NCBI RefSeq assembly: GCF_964355755.1
Contig: NC_092678.1
Location: forward strand, 18,741,365-18,805,364
From: Antedon mediterranea
Taxonomy: Eukaryota; Animalia; Echinodermata
Direction of reading: 5' to 3'
DNA length: 64,000 nucleotides
A model generated the notes under the pieces. It was given only the letters and a program-made list of their open reading frames with translations. It was not told the origin of the DNA and ran no database searches. The first letter of the stretch is position 1. Every line of letters begins with the position of its first letter. Position numbers and translations under genes: made by a program. This document shows positions 42,580 to 54,090 of the stretch, piece after piece.

Positions 42580-45500
42580 ATCCTGATGCTACTACTACTA
42601 CATAGTAATACTACTACTCCTAATACATTTTTAAATATCGGGCCTATATCTTTCAGAAATTATCAGGATAATTTCATTATATTTTAGATACAATTTGTGA
42701 AGATTTATTGCCACGTCTGGACACTTTGACATCAAGGTGTGGGGAACTACAACGATTAGACGGCTTTTCAACTGAAAGTGCAAGCTTACAAAACGTATTT
42801 GTTTTCGATTCCAGCTCAAGTTTTACAGATACTTCACAAATAATAGCAAAGGTATAATAGCTTTTTTTGTTCATATTAGATAATTTACCGTAAAAATGTA
42901 GGGTGTTAAAAATGATGTCTGTATTTTGAATCAAATTAATATTAAATTACCCAGTAAAACAAAACAAACTTAAGATAAACATAAACAAAACATTGGTGCA
43001 AACAGATAATGTATAATATAATCAATGAACAGTTAATGCTATTACAACTTTACAAACAAACTATTATAGGCCAATTATAAAGTCTATCTTGTTGTTAATA
43101 GATTGAGGTCAATGTTTCACGATACATTGGAAAGGAGTTGAGCGAAGATGGAATGTTGTTTGTAGCCTTACTTTCGTCTGATCCATCTGCTACTACAATT
43201 CCAGTTTTTTATTTCCGGGTAATAAGGCAATTGTTTATTATCGTGTTTATGTCGGATAGTAACACCATATTCAAATTATACAAAAAAACAAAAAGAGAAA
43301 CAAATTCACCAGGAAATTAAAAAAATAATTCACTTTCACAAAAACCCAACCTACAATATCCTAAAATATCAATTTGTACCAACGCTGATGTAGGTTGGAT
43401 TGTGAAAGTACGTTAACTAATGTCTGAATTAGACTATTACAACTATCATATGATATAAATTATAAATGAATTAAAAAATGAATAATCTTTGTCAATATAA
43501 ACCGTCAATAATTAATAGTAGTAGTATAACTTTTCTGACAATAAATACAAAGAGTATAAACATGACGAAAATTCCATACAAAAAATTGAAATCATTCAAT
43601 AGGCCTAATTAAATTGTTGTTATTTTGTAAAATGGACGTAGAGATAAAAGTTACTATTCTTCTTAATTAAGTATTGAGCATTATTCTGGTTTCAGGTATA
43701 TAACAAAAGAGAAAAAACGTTTTTTGAAAAACATCTGACTGATCTCACCATTTTTGATCAAAGGGATCAACAGTTTATTTCATTATCATTTCTTCCTGAT
43801 GGAGATACAAAACACGTAATACTTTCACCGATCACATGTTTGAATCAAGATGAACAATCTTGCTTAACTATAACGACAAGGTCATTTATATCAGACTGTA
43901 ATGAGATTGATTCCACGTGCATTAACACGTATGCAGAATGGGTAAAAGCAAGTGATGAATTAAAAGATTACAACTACGGGGTGACTTCGATAAACAGTGT
44001 TATTGACCCATTCTACAGCCAGTGTCTTGGTATGTAGAAAAAACCCTAATTTAAAAAAAAATACATCACATCAAGTGATCTGCCATACTTTCCAACCATT
44101 ACCATTTAAACTTATTTTAATTTTAATTTTAATCAGTGGCCATGACCTAAAATGTGTTGAACACATTTATTATGGCCTCCATCCACACACCACCTTATCC
44201 TAATTTTGTTATTTCAGTTATCGAATACTATATTATATTATCATGTGATTGTATTTATTTGTGTGTGGAAAATTAATAAAACAAACAAACAAACAAGCAC
44301 TCGAAAGAACAGAAGAAAGAATGGTGGATAGAATAATACTAAACAATATTGTTCACTTCATATACCCGGAAAACTTAAAGTGTTTAATATACATGGAAAC
44401 TAAAATTAAAGATTATTCAATCTCTATACTACAAAAAGTTTTTTTTTTGTTATTGATATAAATACCTTTATTATAATTCTTATTTTTTTTTTTTAGTTGC
44501 GCCAATCATTACGTCAATCAGTAGTTCCATGAAAATTTATAGCGAAGATCAGAGTGTCGCAATATACTGTGTGGCGTCTGGAGTTCCAGCAGCAACTGTC
44601 CAATGGGCAACGGTTACTGATGCAGGTGAATACGTACCTGTTACACCGCCATCTACCACTCAGTCAGTTTACGAAATAATAGATAGTTCAGCAGTAGTGT
44701 AAGTCTTTTTATTTTAATAACTGATACTTGAATTTACCAGGTTTTTCGTCAGTGCTTTGGTCAGTCTGTCTGTCGGTCACAGCGATTATTTTCAGTATTA
44801 ATAAAACAATTCTTACTTAAACACTACTTAAAATCAATAAGTTTTTTTAATTTAGATATTATTTGTTTATTGCACCATAATAATGTTTTTGTATTTTAGA
44901 TATGTTTGCCTCGTTCATAATACAGCGGGTAGAATACTCAGTGAAAACGTAGTTATTTCAGTAGAAGGTAAAGTAGACAAATAAATAATCTTAAAATAAT
45001 TTTTTTTTTTATAATCTACTGAAGTTCCTGGTATTCCGTAGTTTATCAGGTAATTTAACAAAAATAAGTAATATTATCACTTTAATTCAAAATAAAATCT
45101 TCCACTGTGTACGTTTTGTTCTTTTATTGAAGGCACTCACAGCGTTTCATAGTTAGTATTTATATAATGATTTATTTTGATTTGTATATAACAATGTAAC
45201 ATTTAATGTATATTGCTATATGCTACTGCTCTTTATCAAGTTTGCACTGGTACATTTCCCTCTTTCAGTCATAAATATTCATTCGTGTTATCTTTTTTTT
45301 TTCAGATCGTTCATGTAATGATCTCTATGCATCAACTCAAACATTTTCGCAATCTAAGTCAGATTGTTACAATACAACTATCACCAATATCATGCCTACA
45401 CGCCATCCACATGATTTAGGAGGGCATCTTACATTTTATAATGAAACGTTTATTCAAGGCTCCGTTTTGCACAGTGTATTATTTTCTTCTTCTAACATTG

Positions 45501-48500
45501 AGTCCTTCGGTTTTGGTGCAGCAGACTATGATTACGTCATTGTTTTCATAGAACTAACTATATTTAACCAAAACACCGATGTTGCAATATACGCTCAAAC
45601 GTTTGATGGTATAATAATCACTTTTGAAGCAGAATCCTTTCCAATTGACCTGACTTTTGATCAACCAATTAAAATCAACAACACGTCTACCTACAAATTT
45701 GCACTAACTAGTCGTTCTGATTCTCGCATTCAATTATCTGACGAAGCTATTACAGTTAAAGGGGTTACCTGTGAAAACAGCTCACCAGAATGTGTTCAAT
45801 TTTTAAGTGGTTGGAACGATCAAGTATCTAAACAGGTGAACGCTGGTTGCAGTCAGACAAATGTTGAATTTACAGCTCTTGAACTTTGCTTTGGAAAGTT
45901 TTCTGAAGGTACAGTATTATTCAAACATGTATTTTACATATACAGTAATTTATAAAGACTTCAGACTCGAGTATGCTCTAAAAATGAAATTGAAATAGAA
46001 AAGACTTCTTATCATGCCAATAAATATGTTCATGTTCTAGTAAATCCAGACCACCATTTTCTACAATTTTTTGATGTAAGAAAAATAATGTTAATCTAAG
46101 TAATAGGATTTTGTTAACTTCACGCCTTTTCAATCTTGTATATTTGTCTGTTACATTAATTTTCAATTTAAAAGCTTTCGTTAAAAACACACACACTTTG
46201 ATATTTTACTTTCAGATCCCCAACTAGTTCGTAGCCCTGAATCTCATGACGGTGATATTGGTATGACAGTTACATTGGAATGCATTATAGAAAATGTGGA
46301 GTTTTATGAATGGTATAAAAACGGCGACCGTATTCCAAATGCTAACAGTCCTACCTATCGAGTGCTGCTAGACCAAGGCCAGAACCAGGGTGATTATACG
46401 TGTTTTGGATATAGATCTCAAGATGGAGAAAACGCAGAATCAGACGTTGCTACAGTGCTTATAACAGGTCAGTCACATATATCACTTCTTTAGCTAGTCA
46501 TGTTCCAGAAAAGTTGATACGATACATGTTTGTTACTATAATATAAATGAAAATAAATGTGTTCAGTTATTATAATCATGTCTAGGTATATTGATCATGA
46601 TCTCTTTATACTGGTAATGTTTATTTAACACTTTTCTATTGCTTATTAGGACTGTCTACTTTTAGAGTAAATGTTAGATTTAACATTCCATTCAAGGCGG
46701 CTTATGGCGACAAAGATAGTTTGGCATTCCACAATTTCACAAACGAATTGCTACTTTCTGTAAGTATTTTAATTTCGCACACAGGCCTAACAATTTAAAC
46801 CATAATTATTACAATGTTTGTATAAGTAAATTATTGACAGTACATTAATAGTGAAAGTTTTCAAAAACAACTGGATTTATAATTTTCAAGAGCGTTAGCA
46901 TTTTAAGCCTCAACTCCTCTTATTAGCAATATTACCAGTAAATTATATTTTTATTTCAGTTGTATGAAAGTTTACCTGAAGTTTCTGACATTGTTGTAAT
47001 GAGCCTGATATCTGGAAGTGTTATTACTGAGATGGAGTTATACTTCAGCCAAGCTCAAAATGCGACCACATACAGTTCTATTATAAACGATTCTCTAGCT
47101 ACTTTGGAAGGGTATGATACAGACCCTGGATCTATTGTTGTGACAAGCATATGTAAGTTGTTTCACAAAGTTATTGGACCGACTATTTTATGGATATTAT
47201 AGACTATTATTCCGGTAGTGTTTGTCGTTTCTAATATAATTTAACTACTTACTTAATGAATTATACTGTGAGCAAACATTGTTTTTACAAAAACAAAATA
47301 TTATTATTTGTGTTTTTCCTAATAATACAGCGGCATGTATTGGAGAGGACTTGATAATTGATAGCACTTTGTACAGTTTTTCAGATGCTCCACTTGGTGT
47401 AACTGCAGATTCAATACAAGACTGCCTGCTATATTCACATCAGGGTAATAAAAAAACTTACCAAGTAAACTCCAAGTTTGTTATTCTACTAAGTTACTTT
47501 TATGTAACTTCAAATGTGGGAAAAACATATTTACGTTTACTAAACATAAACAAAAAATTTGTATACAAATTAATAAAACGCCAAACCGCTTCTGGTACAG
47601 TCTGGAATGTTATTATATTTTGTTTATTACAATGTAAATTGCTATCAACGTTACTAAAGTTTCTTTAAGTATAAAATGTTAGCCAAATAGAGATATGTGT
47701 TTGTGTAACTTTTTTCCACAGATTTAACTATTCCTCTTGCAACTCGATTTTGTAATGGCAATTTTGTGTCAGGAGCTAAATGGGATCCTGTCATAACCAC
47801 AGAGTGTGATATAACAAATTCTAGACTAGAAGAGGTATGTTTAATTAATAACAAAAATATTAATAATAATATCTTGGATTTATAAAGAGTTGTGAAACTG
47901 TCGTGCCCAAGGACACAATCAATGCGACGAGAGTTGGATTCGAAACCACGATATCATGATGTAGTCCAACGTATCTTGCCTTGATTGTTTTACTTCTTTT
48001 TTTTTTCTCCTCCATTTTTTTTTATCAATTCTCCAGGTTGAAGTTACAGACGACAATGTGTATGTAGTAGCAGACTCTCTCGCAGAATTCACAAACGATA
48101 CCGAAGTTCTTGATGAGCAGTCAATTGAGTCAGTTGCAAACATTTTAGAAGATATTGTTAATCGTGAGAATCCCGATGAAATGGTATGTACGTGTTTCCA
48201 TTATCAAACTACAAAAATGAACTTTGAACTTGAAGTAGTCTTCGGTTTGAACGCCAGATCATACTTCAAAAAATATAATGTCTTGGTTATATATATTCTC
48301 CATCCTAATCAGTTTGAGTAGGGATGACCTCTGTTCGCTTAACTTAGTTTTTTGAGGTGTACTTATAGTAAAAATAAAATATTAAAAGCAGTAGATACTA
48401 TAAAACGTTTAATGAATGCTATTTTGGATATGGAGCTAGCATCTAAGTCATGAAGGACTGGTCTAACTGAAGATGTTAACACGTTTTGGGTTAGTAGATA

Positions 48501-51500
48501 GTAATATTATTATGGTTAGTTTATGAGGTATGGTAGGGTGCAAACGTACCACAAGCCTTGCTGAAAATATTTTATTTACAGATAACTTTAGATGTGGTTG
48601 AAGTTGTCAATAACATTATTAATTCTGGCATGCTTAACTCATCAATGAGAGAAACAGCATCGTCATTTGTGACGTCATTGGAAAGACAACTTGCAACAGT
48701 GGCAGCAGCAGGCATGAACTTCACCAGTGTTCAACCACATGTTGGCGTGATGACTTTAGCAGTAAGCACAGAATCTCTAGTAGACGGATTAGCATACGTT
48801 GCTTTTTCTAACGTCGAATCGCTCAAGGATGCTTTTGAACCAGACGATGTGAATATATATTACGAGGATGTTCCTTCCTTTAATATTGTAGGAGCTTCAA
48901 TCGCTCTTCCGCCTGATATTTTCTCACTTAGTCAGGCTCAAACGGGCGTAGATGAGATCCGAATGTATTTTACCGTTTACCAGAATAGTTCTTTGTTTTT
49001 TTCGAACAACGTAGTTAATGCGTCTAGAGAAGGTTTTACACGCCAAGTTGGCAGTCAGATTATTTCAGCTTCAATAGAAGCAGTCAAGGTTGATGATCTG
49101 GTAACGCCAATAAATGCTGCTTTTCTACCACGTTTGGTAAGTACTATACGCTTACTGTAAATCAATAAATTAAATACAGACATTTCTATATCAATTTGTT
49201 CCTCCCCCCACCCCACCTTTTTTTAAGGATGGTCATTCGACAGAATAAGAGTGTAATAGTTTTGTGCAACTTCCATATTAAATGTTCGAGATTTTTTTCG
49301 TTTAATGTTTATAATGAACAAACGCAAAGTGGTGATTGCATGCCACTATGGAAGCCATATCGGATCAAATAAAGAGGATAACTAACCATATGTGTACGTA
49401 TGCGTCTAGTAGAAAAAACTTGTATACGCTTCAACGTTGAGTGCAGCTTTTGTGGTAGCGCTAACTCTGTAGGGCCTACATTAGTATTTCTACAAAATAA
49501 ACGTTTTAATTTGTTTAAGTATATTTAAAAAATATATATTCATTTAAATATTTGTCTGCGTTACACATCAAACAAAATGGTAACATATTTAAGTGAAGGT
49601 TTATATTTTGGAATACTTTTTGTAGGAAACTAGTAACAATACAGAATGTGTTTTCTGGGATTTTTCACTTGATGATGGAGTAGGTGATTGGTCAAGCGAA
49701 GGATGTGTGCTAAATAGAACAACAGACGGTCGTGTTGTATGCTTGTGTGACCATCTTACAAACTTTGCTATTCTTGTTGTAAGTTAATTTGCATCTTTTC
49801 AGGTTGTCTTTTCCATAAATGGAAACAATTGTTTTATTCGGTGTGTGGTTAAAGAAGATCTTTGTTATAGTTGTATTATTATCAATATTAATCATTATTA
49901 ATCATCTAACCAAGCATTCACCATAATACTAAATAATGTTTAAATTAAAATTAAATGTAGTATGGTTTTCTGGACATAAAACGTTTGTATTAAATTGTTA
50001 CATTAAAAAAAACATATACAATTCAATTTCCATTAGTCGTAATTTTTTTTAAATAAAAACATTGTTTGAATTAATTATTTTTGAAAATAACTATTGCATA
50101 ATATGAAGGCCTAATATAAAATACAAAATGTCTAAGTTATTTTATTTTACAGGACTACTACGAACCTAAAAAGTCTCCTCCGTTACACGAAGTCTTAACT
50201 ATTATCAGTTTAATAGGATGCATCGTGTCTATTGTGTGTTTAGCAGTTACAATAGCTACGTACTTATACTTTAAGTGAGTACAGTAATTTTTAATTAAAT
50301 ACATACAACTATATATTAATTAATTTCGTGAGTAAGCCTACTATATAACACATTTTATATAAATAATAGTTCGTTTTTAATAATAAGTAAAGTTAGTTTA
50401 GCTTCTTTCTACTGCTTTTTATCGCAGACAATTTCGAAGTAAACGTCCACAAAAGATCCTTATAAACCTGTCGCTATCACTGCTTCTCCTCTACCTTGTG
50501 TTTGCAATTGGCATCGAGCAAACAGGTTCTAGAAATGGATGCATCGCTGTAGCAGCGCTGATTCATTACTTTGGACTGGCCTCTATTTTCTGGATGTCAA
50601 TCGAAGCTGTAAACATGTACCTTATGTTCGTCAAAGTGTTCTATAACAATGTTGAATACTTCATGCTGAAATTGTGTGCAGCAGGTTACGGTAAATATGT
50701 ATTTTATTATGAACTGTCCCAAACAAAACTATAATAATACCTTTGAATCATAAATTATAACCAAGCAATTCCAATAAAATAAAAATGCATCAACAACACC
50801 AACTGACACCAACTCTTACAATAAAAATATTTTGTATTATCATGTGTTTAGGCATTAGATCAGATTATCTTATAAAATCATTAATTTATTATCCAATTGA
50901 TAATAATTTTTCATATAAATATTATACATTGTACACCTTTGTTATCGAATGGAATGGCAAGTAGTGTGATATGTGTCGTGGTTTTATAGCCTTCTGACGA
51001 ATAATACTAAAACAATCCAAACACCAGTCTAACCCGTACTCGCAATGAGCCACGATTAGTTGATGCATTCAATCATTCATTATTTACTAGTGCCATCATG
51101 ATGCTATGATGCTGCCGGTTTGCTCTGGCACTGAATACAACTGAGATAACAAATTGATTTAAATTATCATTGTTTTATACTGTTTTCAGGGTTTCCTCTG
51201 GTGATAGTTGCAGTTTGTCTTGGTATTGATGTTGATCACTATGCAAACGAACATTAGTAAGTAATATATATCGGCAAATAAAACGATAAAATGATAATTA
51301 TTACTTATAATAACGAATGTTCAACGACATGACTAAACAAACGCAAAAAACCCAGACCCTAAACCGACAGGACCTACATGTAAAAATAAAATAATGAGTA
51401 AAAAAACATGCTTAACAGTTTAAAGAAATGTTTTATATCAACCTAAATTGAACTTTGAACTAAATAAGACTACGAAGCACAACGTAAACTATGTTTCTTC

Positions 51501-52100
51501 GATCGATTTTATATAACACTCTTAGCCATATTTCATCAACCTTCAAGCTTTTTTACTTTATATAACACTATTTTTTTCAGCTGTTTCATTCCTTCTGGGA
51601 ATGTTCGCAACTATGGCTTCATTCTTATCGTCGGCATACTACTTCTGTTTAATGTCGTAGTATTCTTTCTGGTAATGCGTACGTTGATTTGCGGGCGAAA
51701 AATTGCTAAAACAGTTGACCAAACGAAAAGACATATAGTCATAAAACGTCTTCAGAACGCTGTTGCGGTTTCTGTTCTTTTAGGCCTAACATGGTTTTTT
51801 GGATTCCTCGCAATCGATGCAGATTCGAGCTCTCGCGACGCGTTTCAGTTGTTATTCTGTGTCTTTAACTCTCTGCAAGGCCTCTTCATTTTTCTGTTGT
51901 TCTGTGTACGACAGAAGGATATTCGTGACGCGTGGAAGACATGTTACAAAGACAGAACCATACCCAAGAAGGTTACTACGGATACTATTAATAGCAAGGG
52001 TAAAGTCAAGGACAACAGTATTCCACTGACAAACACTGCTAGTAGAGACAACGAGAATATTTCAACTTTAACAAAGACTAGTTTTAATATTTCTGAGTAA
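29916..52100 (+). CDS. Large adhesion GPCR G4: SP - 8xFN3 - 2xEGF - LDLa - X1 - Ig - X2 - Ig - SEA - HRM - GAIN/GPS - 7TM
   Basis: SP 29916-29960, 30386-30410. FN3 31201-31476, 33658-33909, 35961-36254, 36829-37080, 37251-37541, 37896-38159, 38579-38875, 39418-39675. EGF 40846-40950, 41393-41536. LDLa 41738-41857 (C..NEFAC.SGECI...CD...DCADNSDE). X1 42688-42851, 43102-43218, 43696-44029. Ig 44497-44698, 44900-44967. X2 45306-45908. Ig 46216-46467. SEA 46650-46759, 46960-47152 (GSVI). HRM 47331-47444, 47722-47834. GAIN 48037-48183, 48582-49136. GPS 49626-49778. 7TM 50153-50274, 50428-50690, 51190-51256, 51581-52100. All phases are compatible. Confidence 0.87.
31545..31830 (+). mobile_element. 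5S rRNA-derived sequence (5S pseudogene or SINE3 head) with downstream body
   Basis: tacggccttac...caccggtt...ctgat..ctgaagttgagca...ggtta..cttagataggagac...aatatcgggtgctgta follows the 5S rRNA consensus over ~31545-31665; body boundary approximate. Confidence 0.65.
32243..33033 (+). mobile_element. Helentron/DINE-like non-autonomous element
   Basis: aacaag start; (GACA/GACC)n tracts within ~85-bp direct repeats at ~32279 and ~32935; ends tatagagtcgcgactaaaaa. Confidence 0.6.
34415..34530. repeat. Short tandem repeat (ccttgttgaatact)n
   Basis: About 7 imperfect units visible. Confidence 0.7.
35087..35622. mobile_element. Kolobok-like non-autonomous TIR element
   Basis: TTAA|agatgtattgt ... 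tacaataaatct|TTAA. Confidence 0.55.
37662..37891. repeat. ~117-bp tandem duplication of a MITE end plus polypyrimidine tract, upstream of an FN3 exon
   Basis: caaaacaagccccggtat...tagtgtagacggagctttaagtaaatgtatttt..tacttctttg occurs twice; the TIR matches the 58447 MITE. Confidence 0.8.
40235..40470 (+). mobile_element. tRNA-derived SINE
   Basis: A box TAGCCGAGTGG; B box GGTTCAATGCC; core ttcactcagctgtaaaatgagtacc; possible TSD tacctagt at 40227 and 40467. Confidence 0.7.
42070..42618. repeat. (CTA)n/(CTG)n microsatellite, intronic
   Basis: Directly visible; it produces the spurious poly-Leu ORF 42064-42687. Confidence 0.97.
47895..47990 (-). mobile_element. tRNA-SINE head fragment
   Basis: Minus strand has B-box-like GGTTTCGAATCC followed by gtgtccttgggcacgac. 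Confidence 0.45.
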
Positions 52101-52589
52101 ATTGCTGCAGCATCTCATTAACATTACATCACGTGTCTCATAAACGTGTATGCCTCCTGAGTAATATGCATTTTACCATAATGTTTTGCAACGCCCTGTA
52201 AGGAACAGTTTCCAAGATACAATACAGGGTTCAATACGCAAAACACAGTTTGATGAATAACATTGCAACAGCTGTTCTAAAAAAGATCTGATTTTTCATT
52301 TACACTAACACTTGATGTTATAGTGTTTTTATTTGTTTACACTTTTTCAAAATAAGTTTTAACAACTTTATGTAGTTTATCATCAAAACAGAATCATATG
52401 AAATCAACGTGACTTTTATACGTCTAGTAATTCATTTAACATAAATAATGTTTTAAAATATAAAAATAGTTTGTAAGCGCAGGGTTAGATAAGGATATTG
52501 TAAGATAAGTAGTTTTCAAAATTAACTGAATTGTATACTAGGACGGTTTTTAACTTCACTTTTCTCTTTAGACAAATCACCATCATATA

Positions 52590-52900
52590 TTTCCAATTTA
52601 ATTATACGTAGATCTTCAGTTTGCAAAAGATCTCTTAGGTCGACCACTAATCCATCTGCACTTTTTGTTCCACCCAGCCGCCTTAAGACCTAATGGTGAT
52701 CGAGCTTTTGCAGTTGCAGCTCCTAAACTGTGAAAAAAATCTTCCTGATCCTTTTAAAAATGCATCCTCTGTCATAGTTTTCAAAACACTCTTAAAAACC
52801 CATCTTTTTCTTTGTAATTTCTTTCTGTGTTTCTGTCAGTGCTTTGGGACAATCTTTTGATTGTATAAGCGCTATATAAATCAAACAACATTACATTACT
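52590..52900 (+). mobile_element. L2-clade LINE 3' end
   Basis: RSLRS...LFVP..RLKT/GDRAFAVAAPKL*..LP...FKTLLKTHLF, then tail aagcgctatataaat...(cattac). Confidence 0.8.
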
Positions 52901-54090
52901 ATCTGCTGATATTCTAATCATTTTTCTTTCAAAGAGAATTTTTCATTTATTGTCAAGGTATGTATAATACAGTATATTGCATTTTACCATTAAAGAAAAT
53001 GTCACAATTGTGTTTATGTGTTTATATGTAATAACAATTTGCTGCACAATTTTCTGATTTGTTACATCCTCCTTATGTGTTCATATTTCATTTCAAAACA
53101 AAAACCAATACAACTTACAAAACAACATTTCGTTTTGTTTTGTATCAGTTTTTTCTCACATTGTTATCATACTGAAACGTTACTGTGACCTCCATCAACC
53201 CATACTATTACTTGTTACTTACTTGTTTGCATAGCTATCCCCATTATTAGGGAAATTTCGCCGTCATTGACATTATGTTAACATAGCACAACATTGAGAG
53301 ACGTTAATTTTGATGAGAAGGTCATGGAATACTAATTAATTTTAAAAACAACTAAAACCCTGGGACCTGTAACCCTTGGTAGGTACCCTGACGGATACTC
53401 TTCCTCCGGGTCAAAGGGATCCCGAAACTCATCGGTGGGCAGGGGCGCACATCTCCCTGTTCAGGACTATTCCTGATGATTATTAAATACTATATACATT
53501 GTATACTTCTGTTAAAGAATGTTTAAATTCATTTGAAGAGTGAAAAAGAAACGAAACAAAGCGAAACATAATACAGAATTTAAATAAGTATTTTTACCAT
53601 AATAAAAAAAAAATAATACACGATGCTTAAAGAGAGACCCACTGAATAATTATTATTGAAAACGTAACACTACCTTATTGTGTGTAATTAGTTAACAACA
53701 TATTTATCCAGGATAACACAATCACGTTAAAAAAAACCTTTAATAATAAAAACTGTCTTATATTGAATTAAACAATTAAATAAAATTGCCAGTGTTGCCC
53801 AATGATCTTTTTTCTCATTGACGCTTTTGTTAACTTTCTACACAAAACAATTCCAGACTCTCTGTACCTGGATAAATTTCCGTCCGGTTTTTTGTTACGC
53901 AATGTGTCGGGTATAACTTTTGTCAAAACCGAAAGTTTATTTACTAACACAATGTTCTAAATCATAAACTGTAAGTCACAAATAACGAATGCATCATTCG
54001 AAAAGGTGTGTTCATTTCTGAAGCATCAATCCTGCAATTCCGTACGATTTTATAAAAAAATAAATTAGAGAAGCAAAATCTGTTTTAAAC

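Noticed and set aside
42064-42687. 207-aa poly-Leu ORF (also 35710-35922)
   Set aside because: Translation of intronic trinucleotide microsatellites.
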